64,000 nt of DNA from Promethearchaeota archaeon (lineage in GTDB: Archaea; Asgardarchaeota; Lokiarchaeia; Sigyniarchaeales; SOKP01): NCBI GenBank assembly GCA_019058245.1, contig JAHPZJ010000013.1:329166-393165 (forward strand), read 5' to 3'. Position 1 is the first letter of the stretch; each line of letters begins with the position of its first letter. Shown piece by piece: positions 9,387 to 19,903 of this stretch. The translations under genes and the position numbers were made by a program. Below the pieces are notes generated by a model, which worked only from the letters and a program-made list of their open reading frames with translations, had not been told where the DNA came from and did no database searches.

Positions 9387-9463
9387 ATAAATACGGAGTT
9401 AGAAATCTTTAAAATATTTTTCCTATTTTTATAACATTATTGAAAACTATAGATTAAGTAACA

Positions 9464-11602
9464 TTAATTTTTTAGAGAATCCGGAAAATCATCAGCATTT
9501 TCTAAATTATTCCAATTTAGGGATATTTCTTCTAGAGAAGGTATACTACTCAGATTTTTTGGTAATTTCGTAAGATGGTTATCATTTAGCTTTAACTTTT
9601 TAAGAGATTTTAAATTTATTAAAGAATTAGGTAATTTTTTTAATTTATTTCCAATTAACCAAATCTCTTTAAGAAAACTTAATAATCCTATCGATTCTGG
9701 TAAGAATTCAATATTGTTATCAATTAAATACAGCCTTTCCAGTGAATTAAATGAACCAATCGAATCAGGCAGATTTTTAATCTGATTACCTGTTAATTTT
9801 AGAACCTTTAACAGTTTAAGTTTGCCAAAATCTTCTGGTAAAACTACAAGTTTATTATATGATAAATCTAAAAGTTCTAAAGATCTAATCAAACAAATTG
9901 AACTTGATAATTTATGTAAATTGTTATTATTTAAATAGAAATATTTAAGAGATTTTAGGGTTCCCAGAGAATCTGGAATACTTTCTAATTTATTCCAACC
10001 TAATTTTAAAACTTCAAGAGAATTTAGTATCATTATTGATTCAGGGAGGAAGGAGAGATTATTATCTTCTAGGTTAAGAAATTTAAGTAATGACATTGAA
10101 TTCAATGAGTCTGGAAGTTTTTCTAAATTATTACTACTTAAATTAAGGTATTCGAGTGAATAGAGTAATCCAATAGAGCCAGGTAAATTTACTAATTTAT
10201 TTTGAATTAGATTTAGAGTTTGAAGAGATTTTAGCTTCCCTATAGAAGATGGGATTTCTAATAGTCTATTTCCACTAACATTCAAAAATTTTAATGACGA
10301 CAGATTTCCGATTGATTTTGGAAGATAAGTTAGACAGTTCATTTCTAAATTTAAATGAAGTAACGATGAAAGCTTACCTATTGAATCTGGGAGTTTCTCT
10401 ATTTTGTTTTTACTTAAATTTAAAAGTTTTAAAGATGTAAGTGATAAAATTGATTTATTAATATTTTTAAGATTATTTCCTTCTAGATCTAAAGCTTTTA
10501 AGTTTTTTAAGGAAGCAATTGATTTGTTAATTTTATAGAGATTGCATTTTTTTAATAGAAGTGATCTTAGTGAACGAAAATACTTTATATAACATGGAAA
10601 TTTAACAAGAGGTACTTTTTCAATATGAATTGAAATAAGTTCCCCCATTGATACTTTATAATTTATGATTGGATATTTTTTTCTTAAATATGAGATAGTC
10701 AAATAATTTCTAAATATATCTGATAATTTCGAGAGTGATAAATCTTCAAAAGTTCCTGAAAGGTGTTTAAATGATAATTTAAATTTTTTATCATCAATAC
10801 TCCTTATTTGATCTATTAATACCTCTCTCGCTGCTTCATTGTTTAATCTTTCTAATGCTATTGTCAGTGCGATTGAGTTTTTAAAATTGAACTCATCTTT
10901 AATTGACCATTCAGTTGAGAAGAATTTTATTTTTTTTAGTCGTTCTAGATTTTTAATACCAAGAATTTCAGAATGATCCTGAAAAGCATCTCTATCTCGC
11001 CAATAAATAGCTTGGTTATCAACTTCAGAAAAATCTAAATAAGTTATAAATCCCTTCTTTTCTAAAAATTTAAGTCTGTGAAATTTCTTTTTTAGATTTT
11101 TAATGGTGATTTGATTTATGAGTATATTTCCTAATTCATTACTTGAAAATGACGTAGAATTATTATTATTAAAGAAAAAATGCGTCTTATCCTCGAAAAT
11201 TTCAGAACTTATTCTATTCAGTTCATCGATTAATGCTTTTATGATTTTATCATCATTATAAGCTTTTAAAGCTTTAACTATTGTTATTAAACAGTTATAA
11301 GAAGATTCATGCTTTAGAGCCCAGAGAAATGGAGATATTGCTTTTTTGGGATATTTATCCTTTAAAACATTTGCTGCAAAATATCTCAAATCATCATTTA
11401 TTTCGGATATAAGTATATATTCTAAAACATTGAATACATTTTTTTGTTTTAAATCAATTTTATTTAAGATTTTAATACAATCTTTTTTAATGGTATCATC
11501 ATTTATGTTTTCGATGAAATCCAGTAATAATCTGACTGTTTCACCTTCATTAAATGCTTGACTTCTAAAATTTTCATAAATTCTATTTGGTGTTAACTCC
11601 AT
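9464..11602 (-). CDS. HEAT-repeat plus leucine-rich repeat protein
   Basis: N-terminal HEAT/PBS-like repeat (LRYFAANVL). More than 15 tandem LxxLxLxxNxLxxLPxSIGxL repeats in the C-terminal half. Confidence 0.92.
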   Translation of the reverse strand: MELTPNRIYENFRSQAFNEGETVRLLLDFIENINDDTIKKDCIKILNKIDLKQKNVFNVLEYILISEINDDLRYFAANVLKDKYPKKAISPFLWALKHESSYNCLITIVKALKAYNDDKIIKALIDELNRISSEIFEDKTHFFFNNNNSTSFSSNELGNILINQITIKNLKKKFHRLKFLEKKGFITYLDFSEVDNQAIYWRDRDAFQDHSEILGIKNLERLKKIKFFSTEWSIKDEFNFKNSIALTIALERLNNEAAREVLIDQIRSIDDKKFKLSFKHLSGTFEDLSLSKLSDIFRNYLTISYLRKKYPIINYKVSMGELISIHIEKVPLVKFPCYIKYFRSLRSLLLKKCNLYKINKSIASLKNLKALDLEGNNLKNINKSILSLTSLKLLNLSKNKIEKLPDSIGKLSSLLHLNLEMNCLTYLPKSIGNLSSLKFLNVSGNRLLEIPSSIGKLKSLQTLNLIQNKLVNLPGSIGLLYSLEYLNLSSNNLEKLPDSLNSMSLLKFLNLEDNNLSFLPESIMILNSLEVLKLGWNKLESIPDSLGTLKSLKYFYLNNNNLHKLSSSICLIRSLELLDLSYNKLVVLPEDFGKLKLLKVLKLTGNQIKNLPDSIGSFNSLERLYLIDNNIEFLPESIGLLSFLKEIWLIGNKLKKLPNSLINLKSLKKLKLNDNHLTKLPKNLSSIPSLEEISLNWNNLENADDFPDSLKN

Positions 11603-11773
11603 ATTAAAACATATTCTTTTTCATGTTTTTTTAAGAATTTCCTAGCTACATTAAATTTAATAAATCCTTTACGAACAATAAAGAATTTTAAAAAAAAAAT
11701 TTTTAGAGCCTTGAATTTATAATTCAACTCTAAATTTTGAATAACAAAATCCTGAATAATCAATATAAAATAT

Positions 11774-11968
11774 TTAACGTATTTCGACATTTAATATATT
11801 TGAATAAAGAACTTTTCCTTTCTTATCAGTAATTGAAAAGTTTAAACGTGGTGTACAAGCTAACAGCAATTTAAAATATTGATCTATGTTCTCTTTACCA
11901 TTCAAATCTTGTTCAGGAATTGTTACTCTATCTTGAAACTCTATTTCACTTTGTATTGCTTCAACCAT
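11774..11968 (-). CDS. Small hypothetical protein (64 aa)
   Basis: ATG preceded by GGAG, protein-like composition, no substantial overlap with other genes. Confidence 0.55.
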   Translation of the reverse strand: MVEAIQSEIEFQDRVTIPEQDLNGKENIDQYFKLLLACTPRLNFSITDKKGKVLYSNILNVEIR

Positions 11969-12300
11969 AATCTTATTTTCTCCAATTTTTCATTTTTTAT
12001 TAAATATTTTTACCTAAATATAGATTCTGAATATTAGTATATAAATATATCGGTTATAGATTAATTTAAACAACGCAGTGAGTTCTAGTTTCAATTTCTT
12101 ATAATATTTGCTAAAAAAGTTTCAAATTGAAAATTTTTTTTCTCGATCATTTCTCTTTTCAGTCACAATAGCTAGAGAATATGATCGATCCCGATCAAAA
12201 GTAAAGTTTTTATGATCATTTGTGAAAATTTTAAAAATAAGGTTTTTTATATTTTTATAAAAAATAAAGCTAAAAATTGATTTTAAAATTAGGTTTTGAT

Positions 12301-12972
12301 TTATTTTTTTATACGATCTAATAGGGAATCCCAAAAAAACGCTTTATAATCCCCTGAATAATGAATATCACTAATTTTTAAACTTATGACCTTTTTTGAA
12401 CATGCATTTACGCATGTTCCACAACTTATACATTTATCTTGATTGAATGATACTTTTTTATTTTTTGAATGAACGGATTCTAGATTTTTTTTAAGTTTAA
12501 AGAAAGCACCAGAAGGACACACTTCGGTACATGACATACATGAAATACATTTATCCCAATCTACATAGATTTTTCCATCAAAAAATACTTTTATTTCTTT
12601 TTGATTGCTATTGACTAAGTGATATTCTAAATCTGGTACAAATCTTTTTCTTATAATCCCCATTTCTTTAGTGGGTATTTTTTCTCCATTATACTTCAAT
12701 GATATTGCTGATAATGGGCAAATATAGGCACAAGTTCCACAAAAAGAGCATTTTAGGATATCTGGAGTATCTGGTATTAAATCTTCTGTTTTTATTCTTA
12801 TTTTACCTTCTAATCTTGGATGAGGGATTGCATTATTTGGACAAGCTTTAATACATAACCCACAACCAATACATTTTTCTTTATCTATTTTTATTGAATA
12901 ATCTTCTGTATAAAAACTAAAATTTATTTCATTAAATTCATAATTGTTAACTTTGTTAACTCTAGGATACAC
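12301..12972 (-). CDS. Polyferredoxin with four [4Fe-4S] motifs (FwdF/FwdG-like)
   Basis: Four CxxCxxCxxxC motifs: CIGCGLCIKACP, CSFCGTCAYICP, CISCMSCTEVCP and CISCGTCVNACS. Last gene of the hdrCBA-mvhD run. Confidence 0.88.
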   Translation of the reverse strand: MYPRVNKVNNYEFNEINFSFYTEDYSIKIDKEKCIGCGLCIKACPNNAIPHPRLEGKIRIKTEDLIPDTPDILKCSFCGTCAYICPLSAISLKYNGEKIPTKEMGIIRKRFVPDLEYHLVNSNQKEIKVFFDGKIYVDWDKCISCMSCTEVCPSGAFFKLKKNLESVHSKNKKVSFNQDKCISCGTCVNACSKKVISLKISDIHYSGDYKAFFWDSLLDRIKK

Positions 12973-13009
12973 TTTTCAATCATACTCTAAAATTGATTTT
13001 AAAAAGTTA

Positions 13010-13600
13010 TTATAAATCTACTGTTAATATCTTAGATTCTATATTTCGTTCTTTTAGTTGGTTATTTATTCCTTTAAACGTACTTTTTTTACCAAAATGT
13101 ATGAGATTCCAATCTTTAGATTCTAATCCTTTAGTGACGTTTATGATTTTTTTGACAGCTAAATCAATTCTTATTTTTTGGTTTATATAAGACTTTAATT
13201 CTTTAATTTCATTTGAATAATAATTTATCAAAAAACTAAGTTCCCGTGCAGCAGGACTATTCTTATCAGTTAAAACTTTTAAAGTAGATTTTATTTCATT
13301 ATTTTTATTTTTTAAGTCAATGATTTGATTAACCAAATGTCCTTTTACATAATAAGGTAATTCTATAGTAAAATAAGGAATTTCATATTCCTTTAAAACT
13401 TTTGATAAATATGTTTCATTAAATTCCCGTAGATTCATGTATCCTAAATCTACTGTTGCTAAGTCGACTGAATTTCTCTCTAAAAATTTAAATAAATCTT
13501 CAAAATTCTTAACTAATGTTTTTGAATTTATATTGTTTCTTAATTCCGTAAATTTTTTGTAATTTGCTAAAGTTTCAGAGATTAATGTTTTTATTTTCAA
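13010..13600 (-). CDS. Hypothetical protein within the hdr-mvhD operon
   Basis: 196-aa ORF with strong RBS (aaggagggg) before the TTG, co-oriented with its neighbours. No family recognised. Confidence 0.7.
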   Translation of the reverse strand: MKIKTLISETLANYKKFTELRNNINSKTLVKNFEDLFKFLERNSVDLATVDLGYMNLREFNETYLSKVLKEYEIPYFTIELPYYVKGHLVNQIIDLKNKNNEIKSTLKVLTDKNSPAARELSFLINYYSNEIKELKSYINQKIRIDLAVKKIINVTKGLESKDWNLIHFGKKSTFKGINNQLKERNIESKILTVDL

Positions 13601-13610
13601 CCCCTCCTTT

Positions 13611-14084
13611 TTATATTATTTTTACTTTATTTTGTAAACTTTTTTCAATAAAATTTGGATTTTGATTTTTTATTGGACTAGGTCCTAATATTTTTAATTC
13701 TTCGACAAATTTGTTAACAATATTTGTTAATTTTGCTCCCTCAGAAGCAGATACAAAAATATATTTAATTCTTTTAGGGTTAATACCAAATTGCTTTAAA
13801 TAGGATAAGAACAGTGGTATTCTTCTAATTGTCTTAAGATTTCCGGATACATAATGGCAATCACCTGGATGGCAATGTGAAATTAAAATTCCATCAATAC
13901 CGTCTTTTAAGGCAGTGATTATAAATTCGGGAGTAATTCTACCACCACACATTACTCTTATGATTCTCAGGTTTGCAGCTCGCTGCATTCTGGAAGTCCC
14001 AGCCTGATCGGCTCCAGCATAAGAACACCAATGGCAGAAAATTCCTAAAATTGATGGATTAAAATTTGACACATTTGTTTCCAT
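13611..14084 (-). CDS. mvhD: Hydrogenase iron-sulfur subunit MvhD
   Basis: FCHWCSYAGADQAG, IRVMCGGR, CHPGDCHY and SASEG. Confidence 0.95.
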   Translation of the reverse strand: METNVSNFNPSILGIFCHWCSYAGADQAGTSRMQRAANLRIIRVMCGGRITPEFIITALKDGIDGILISHCHPGDCHYVSGNLKTIRRIPLFLSYLKQFGINPKRIKYIFVSASEGAKLTNIVNKFVEELKILGPSPIKNQNPNFIEKSLQNKVKII

Positions 14085-14086
14085 TA

Positions 14087-16069
14087 TTATCCTCCTATTT
14101 TTTCCGATTTTTGAACTGCATTATGTATCATTGGTAATAATTGTGCATTACCAAATTGATTCTGGATAATTGCTGAAGTAGGGCATGCAGCAACACAAGT
14201 TCCACATCCTTTGCAAAGAATCTTATTAATTTCAGCAACTTTTTGAAGTTCATTAAAAGATATTGCATTGAAAGGACAAACACTAATGCAACTTTTACAA
14301 CCGGCACATCTATGATTTAATACTATTGAAAAAATTGGATCAATTTCCACTTTTCCTTTAGCAATTAATAATGCTGATTGCAATGCTGCAGCTTTTGCTT
14401 GAGCAATAGCATCAGGAATATCTTTAGGACCTTGAACTGCTCCTGCTATAAATATTCCATCTGTTAATGTTTCTACTGGACGTAATTTAGGATGAGCTTC
14501 CATTAAAAACCCATCCTCAGATCGCTGTACATTAAATAGCCTAGTTATTTTATTAGAATCTTGTCTTGGTTCCAATCCAACAGCTAAAACTAATAAATCG
14601 GCTTTAATTCTAATTAATTTTTGTAAAAGAGTATCTTCCCCACGAACTATGATGTTATGTTCTTCATCCTCTACTACTTCTGAAATTCTTCCTCTAATAA
14701 ATTTGATATGAAATTCCCTTCCGGTAGAGTCATAAAATTCTTCATATCCTTTTCCAAATGCCCTTATATCTATATAAAAAATAAAAATGTTTGCATTAGG
14801 ATGTTTTTCTTTAAAAAGTCTAGCTTGCTTCGCTGAATACATACAGCAGACTCTAGAACAATATTTATTTCCTTTTTCAGTAAAATCTCGACTACCTACG
14901 CATTGAAGAAATACTATCGTAGAGGGTTCTTTTAAGTCTGATCTTCTTTTCACTTTACCTTCTGTTGGACCAAATGAACTCATTAATCGTTCCATTTCTA
15001 ACCCAGTAATAACATTTGGATATTTTCCATAGCCATATTGCCTCAAGATTGTTGGATCATAAAGATCATATCCAGTGGATAAAATAATAGTTCCAACCTT
15101 AATATCTACAAATGTTGGTTTATCATCATATTTAACAGCATCAACAGGACAAATTTCAGCACAAATTCCACACTTGATACAATGGTCCATATCAATCGTA
15201 TATTTTCCAGGAACAGCTTGAGGAAAAGGAATATATGCTGCTTTTCTCTTTTTCATTCCTAAATCAAATTCGTTAGCAGCAATAACAATGCATTCCTGAG
15301 CACAAGTTCCACATCCGGTGCAAATTTCTTGATCTATATAATGAGGTTTTTTTTTAATAGTAACATTAAAATTCCCAACATAACCAGAGATATTTGTAAT
15401 TTCACTATAAGTCATTAATTCTATATTTTTAGCCTTCAAAACTTCAGACATTTTTGGAGTTATTACGCAAGAAGAACAATCTAATGTAGGGAAAGTTTTA
15501 TCAAGTTGAGCCATATGGCCACCAATAGTCGTTGTTTTTTCTACAAGATAGACTTTATATCCAAAATTGGAAAGATCTAAAGCAGAATTCATTCCTGCAA
15601 TTCCTGCACCAACAACTAAACAAGTTGGTTCAACTTGTACGCGAAATTTTTCCAGAGCTTCCAATTTATTAGCTTTTGCTACAGCCATTCTAACATGAGA
15701 TTTTGCGATTTCATATGCTCCTTCAGTATCTTGTGTATTTACCCAGGTACAATGTTCTCTTATATTTGCTGCTTCATATAAATATTGATTTAGACCGGCT
15801 TCATTACACACCTTTCTAAATGTTGTTTCATGCATTCGGGGTGAACATGCAGCTACTACAACCCTATTAATTTCACCATTTTTAATCTTTTCCTTTATTA
15901 ATTCTTGACCAATTTCAGAACACATAAATTTATAATTAAAAGCTTCAACTACATTTGGAAGAGTTTTTGCATATTCTGTTAACTTTTCGACATCGATAAC
16001 TCCAGCTATATTATTACCACAATGACAAACAAACACACCAATTTTTGTTTTATCCTTCAAGTTTCTCAC
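14087..16069 (-). CDS. hdrA: Heterodisulfide reductase subunit A (copy 1)
   Basis: IGVFVCHCG, AACSP, NIREHC, GAGIAG, LDKTFPTLDCSSC, QCVGSRD, YCSRVCC and ferredoxin motifs. Confidence 0.97.
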   Translation of the reverse strand: MRNLKDKTKIGVFVCHCGNNIAGVIDVEKLTEYAKTLPNVVEAFNYKFMCSEIGQELIKEKIKNGEINRVVVAACSPRMHETTFRKVCNEAGLNQYLYEAANIREHCTWVNTQDTEGAYEIAKSHVRMAVAKANKLEALEKFRVQVEPTCLVVGAGIAGMNSALDLSNFGYKVYLVEKTTTIGGHMAQLDKTFPTLDCSSCVITPKMSEVLKAKNIELMTYSEITNISGYVGNFNVTIKKKPHYIDQEICTGCGTCAQECIVIAANEFDLGMKKRKAAYIPFPQAVPGKYTIDMDHCIKCGICAEICPVDAVKYDDKPTFVDIKVGTIILSTGYDLYDPTILRQYGYGKYPNVITGLEMERLMSSFGPTEGKVKRRSDLKEPSTIVFLQCVGSRDFTEKGNKYCSRVCCMYSAKQARLFKEKHPNANIFIFYIDIRAFGKGYEEFYDSTGREFHIKFIRGRISEVVEDEEHNIIVRGEDTLLQKLIRIKADLLVLAVGLEPRQDSNKITRLFNVQRSEDGFLMEAHPKLRPVETLTDGIFIAGAVQGPKDIPDAIAQAKAAALQSALLIAKGKVEIDPIFSIVLNHRCAGCKSCISVCPFNAISFNELQKVAEINKILCKGCGTCVAACPTSAIIQNQFGNAQLLPMIHNAVQKSEKIGG

Positions 16070-17006
16070 CTATTTTAGTTAAAAAAGGTTCTATTGAAAT
16101 AAACGGTGGAACGCCAGATAATTCTTTATCTTTAATTAGTCCAACTTCCTCAGGATTCATACCAAGGGCAAGTCCTAATAATTGCGTATAATATATTACA
16201 GGAATATTAAAAGGAGCGTCAATTCTATCTTTAAAAATCTTATTTATTTCTATCTGTCCTAAATCAAACTGAAGATGACAAAAAGGACATACAGTAATAA
16301 TAGCTTCAACGCCGGCGGCTCTCATATTTGTGAGTTTTTCTCTTGTAAAATCTAAAGAAATTTCTTTAAAAGCACTTCTTACTGCTCCTGCAGCACCGCA
16401 GCATCGATATTTATCTAGATAATTTATGCTTTTACACCCTGTTGCTTCAACTAAATCATCTAAAAAGTGTGGTGTTTCAGAATCCTTACCCCAAGGTCTT
16501 ATTTCAGATGGCTTTAAAAGATGACATCCATAATGTACTGCTATTCGAAGATCTAACTTATTTTTTCGCCCGTATTTTACACGATTTTTTATTTTATCTA
16601 ATCCAATATCTTTATATAAAATTTCTATTATATGTTTAACCTTAATACTTCCTTTATATGATCGATTTACTTTACTCAGATGATAATTTACCATATTACG
16701 CTTTTCTACATCGGATTTTAATTGATGATCGGCTTCAAGAAGGCTTCCATAGCATCCATTGCACATTGTAGCTATATCATAATTATTATTCTCTGCAATT
16801 GTCAAATTTCTAGTCGCAATTATTAACCATGTATCGATGTCAAAACCGCGAAAAACGCCTGGAGCTGGACAACAAGAGGCTCCCTCCATATCGACAAGGG
16901 TTATCCCTAATTTTTGAAATACTTTTTTAGTAGCAGCTTCGATAAAAGGATATCTGTTTGGTATTACACATCCAAGGAACAATGAATATTTTTTATCTTG
17001 TACCAT
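16050..17006 (-). CDS. hdrB: Heterodisulfide reductase subunit B (copy 1)
   Basis: FLGCVIPNRYP, CCPAPG, CNGC, HYGCH, CCGAAG and CPFCHLQFD. Confidence 0.97.
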   Translation of the reverse strand: MVQDKKYSLFLGCVIPNRYPFIEAATKKVFQKLGITLVDMEGASCCPAPGVFRGFDIDTWLIIATRNLTIAENNNYDIATMCNGCYGSLLEADHQLKSDVEKRNMVNYHLSKVNRSYKGSIKVKHIIEILYKDIGLDKIKNRVKYGRKNKLDLRIAVHYGCHLLKPSEIRPWGKDSETPHFLDDLVEATGCKSINYLDKYRCCGAAGAVRSAFKEISLDFTREKLTNMRAAGVEAIITVCPFCHLQFDLGQIEINKIFKDRIDAPFNIPVIYYTQLLGLALGMNPEEVGLIKDKELSGVPPFISIEPFLTKIGEKLEG

Positions 17007-17065
17007 TTTTAGTTAAACCGTCAATTTTATTGGGATTTACTGAAAATTTATTTATTTTATACTTC

Positions 17066-17692
17066 TTATATTTTTGAGATCTTTAACTTTTCTTCTTCTG
17101 TAATATATTTCTCAAGTGTTTCCTCAACTATAGAGACTTTAACTTTCTTTTTGATTCCCAACTCCTCGGAATCAATATTGATTAGCTCATTAAATTTTGA
17201 GCTTATCAAAAGCCTTTTTACCTCATCTAAATCTTTTTCATGGGAATGGACAGTAGGAGGAACTTTCTTTAATCCATAGAATTCTCGTAATTCTTTCCAT
17301 TTTTTGTCATCGATTGGAACTCCATGTCCAGAAAAACAAAATTTTTTACATAAATCGAGGTGACTTTTTAACATGAAACCTTTTTGAACAGCCAAATTCC
17401 GTAAAAATATTATCATATCAGTGATAGGTAATTTACGAGGACAACGTTCAAGACAGGTATAACAAGTTGAACAGTACCAAATATCATTTTCTGAAAGGAT
17501 ATCTTCAATCCCTAACTGAACTTTCCTCATAATTGTCCTTACTTTCAAAGCTGTTCTTTCTCCTGAGGGGCAACCTCCGGAGCATGTTCCACATTGAATA
17601 CAAGCATCAACTTCAGAATAACCTGCTTCTTTTAAAGAATCTACTAATGTATTTGTACAATTAGTTATAATATCTGGTTCATAATCTAACAT
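17066..17692 (-). CDS. hdrC: Heterodisulfide reductase subunit C (copy 1)
   Basis: CIQCGTCSGGCPSG, WYCSTCYTCLERCPR, GHGVP and PPTVH. Confidence 0.96.
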   Translation of the reverse strand: MLDYEPDIITNCTNTLVDSLKEAGYSEVDACIQCGTCSGGCPSGERTALKVRTIMRKVQLGIEDILSENDIWYCSTCYTCLERCPRKLPITDMIIFLRNLAVQKGFMLKSHLDLCKKFCFSGHGVPIDDKKWKELREFYGLKKVPPTVHSHEKDLDEVKRLLISSKFNELINIDSEELGIKKKVKVSIVEETLEKYITEEEKLKISKI

Positions 17693-18025
17693 TTTGTTTC
17701 TTTCCTTATCTATTCTCTATATAAAAGTCATTTTAACCGATTTAGTCTAAACTTTTTTTTAAAGAATGATTAAAACAGCTAAAAGGTTATTAAGCCTTAG
17801 GAGAATAAATGTGAATCTAATATATAAGTTTTCCCTTTACATTTAATAGAGTTAGAGAACCTCTACTATTTTCCATTAAAAGGTTTCAATTTGCAACAAT
17901 TACTTTCAAAAAATTTCAATTTTAAAATTCCTTATAAATAACCCTCATTAATTTAAGATTTATAAGCAACATTCTTTAATAACTTACATTCATTTAATTA
18001 TCATTATTTAAAATAACAAAACTAT

Positions 18026-19444
18026 TTGATATTTGATAAAATGCCAGTACCAGTAGTTTTTATGCAACTTAGTTCTTGCTGGGGTTGCCATCAGAGTCTA
18101 TTAAATGCACATTTTGAATTACTTCCTTTTCTATCAGAATTTGAAATTGTTAATTGGCCTACTATTTTCAATATAAAAGATGAAACTTTAATAGAAAAAG
18201 AAGCAAGATCAATAAAAGTTGGCTTCATTGAAGGTGTTATAAGAACAGAAATAGATACTTTAAAAGTTAAATTAATGAGGCAAAAATGTGATATTATTAT
18301 AGCATTTGGGGCATGTGCAAGTTATGGAGGCATAGCGGGATTAGCTAATTTATTTGAGATAGATGAGTTAGTAGAAAGAAAATTCAAAGAAGTTGAATCT
18401 ATTATTGAAACTGACTTAGAAGAACCGAAGCTTAACTTGCCAAAATTTGAGAATTTTATTTATAATGTTAAGGATTTAATCCATATTGATTTATTTATCC
18501 CTGGATGTCCACCTAAAACAGAAAATATTACAGCTTTGCTATTATATTTGATAACTCGATTAAGTGATGGATCCAAAAATCGTAATAGAGCTAAAACTGT
18601 ATGTGACAACTGTAATCTTTATTTTGATGGTTGTCTTTTAGATCAGGGTAGACTCTGTTTTGGACCCATAACTGCTTCTGGTTGTGAGTTAATGTGCCCT
18701 AATAATTCAAATACTTGTTTTGGCTGTTTTGAATGTACACTTAATCCAAATAAAAAAGTTTCAAAATTGCACAAGTTAATCATAGATATAGATGATTTAA
18801 ATGATGAATTAATGAAAGTTATTCAACATTTTTTGATCTCTTACTTAAGGTTATCTAATCTTACAAATTTTTATTTCCGTAAGGACTTATTGCAAAGACT
18901 TGTTTATGAACCAGAAAGTTTTACTCAAATAGAAAAAGAAACTAAAAATGGTTTTTTGCAAATGTTAAATGTCAAGCCCTCAGGAATTCCTATAATTGAC
19001 GAAATTATTGGTGCGATTTTATTTCTTTTAAAAAATAGTTCAAGGTTTAAATTTAGCACAAAAACTGTTTGTAGTCATTGCAACAGAATCATAGTAGATA
19101 AAGTCCCCACGAGATTAAAAAGAGATTATGAAGGATTACCTACTCAAGATAAATGCTTTTTAGAACAAGGATATCTCTGTTTCGGACTTGTTACTCATGC
19201 CGGTTGCGGAACCATATGTCCTAATAAAGCAAATGCTCCATGCTTAGGATGTTATGGTCCGCCGGTAGGAATTAAAGATCCAGGTCCAAAATTTATAAGT
19301 AGTTTAGGATCTCTATGTGTAGATCTTGATCCTGAAGAAATCACCAAATCTATTAAGGATCCCGTAGGTTTATTCAATAGATTTACCCTCGCGGACAGTA
19401 TTCTAAAACATAAATATTCTGATAAAATAGATGAATTACAATAA
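18026..19444 (+). CDS. mvhG: F420-non-reducing hydrogenase small subunit MvhG/VhuG-like, with duplicated C-terminal Fe-S module
   Basis: SSCWGC, EGVIR, FGACASYGG and PGCPP, then two copies of TVCxxC...CxLxQGxLCFGxxTxxGCxxxCP...CxGC. Confidence 0.85.
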   Translation: MIFDKMPVPVVFMQLSSCWGCHQSLLNAHFELLPFLSEFEIVNWPTIFNIKDETLIEKEARSIKVGFIEGVIRTEIDTLKVKLMRQKCDIIIAFGACASYGGIAGLANLFEIDELVERKFKEVESIIETDLEEPKLNLPKFENFIYNVKDLIHIDLFIPGCPPKTENITALLLYLITRLSDGSKNRNRAKTVCDNCNLYFDGCLLDQGRLCFGPITASGCELMCPNNSNTCFGCFECTLNPNKKVSKLHKLIIDIDDLNDELMKVIQHFLISYLRLSNLTNFYFRKDLLQRLVYEPESFTQIEKETKNGFLQMLNVKPSGIPIIDEIIGAILFLLKNSSRFKFSTKTVCSHCNRIIVDKVPTRLKRDYEGLPTQDKCFLEQGYLCFGLVTHAGCGTICPNKANAPCLGCYGPPVGIKDPGPKFISSLGSLCVDLDPEEITKSIKDPVGLFNRFTLADSILKHKYSDKIDELQ

Positions 19445-19495
19445 AGCCGACGTGTTATGTTTTTTTAGTTATAATTATCAGATTTTCTAAATTTT

Positions 19496-19795
19496 TTAAA
19501 AAAATTTCGAAATTCCATAATTGGATAAATATATCATTATAGGACTAGAGAATTGCATAACGCTCCTTACTTTTTCTCTCATTTCTTGTTTATAAAAATA
19601 AAAAGAGCATTTCTTACATGAGGGCTTATTTTCACCATAAAGGCAATACTCTAAAGTTCTATTAGTATATACGAAAGGTTTTAAACAATTATCATAAAAT
19701 TGTTTATTAGAATATTGAAGGTTTTTGCAGTATATCCTAATCATTACTTTTACTATTTTTCTTTCATTCTCAAAGTTATTATTAAAAGGACTCAT
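19496..19795 (-). pseudogene. Degenerate YgbA (nitrous oxide-stimulated promoter family) protein
   Basis: Matches the family pattern MIRIYC...C.YGENKPSCKKC...YK.EMREKVR.VM.FS.P.M, but several usually conserved Cys/His/Gly/Arg residues are replaced. The frame is still open. Confidence 0.55.
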
Positions 19796-19903
19796 AATAT
19801 AACATCAATATTTAAGTAGATTTTGTATTTTGGTTATAATTAAATTCTTGAATTTTTCTTTTATAATCTAAATTCTTTTAATCTTTGTTTCAATTTGAGA
19901 ATT

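Noticed and set aside
13611-19444. CxxCH-like strings in MvhG (CWGCH), HdrB (CPFCH) and MvhD (CHPGDCH) as Ccm substrates
   Set aside because: These are established Fe-S ligand motifs in cytoplasmic proteins that lack signal peptides.
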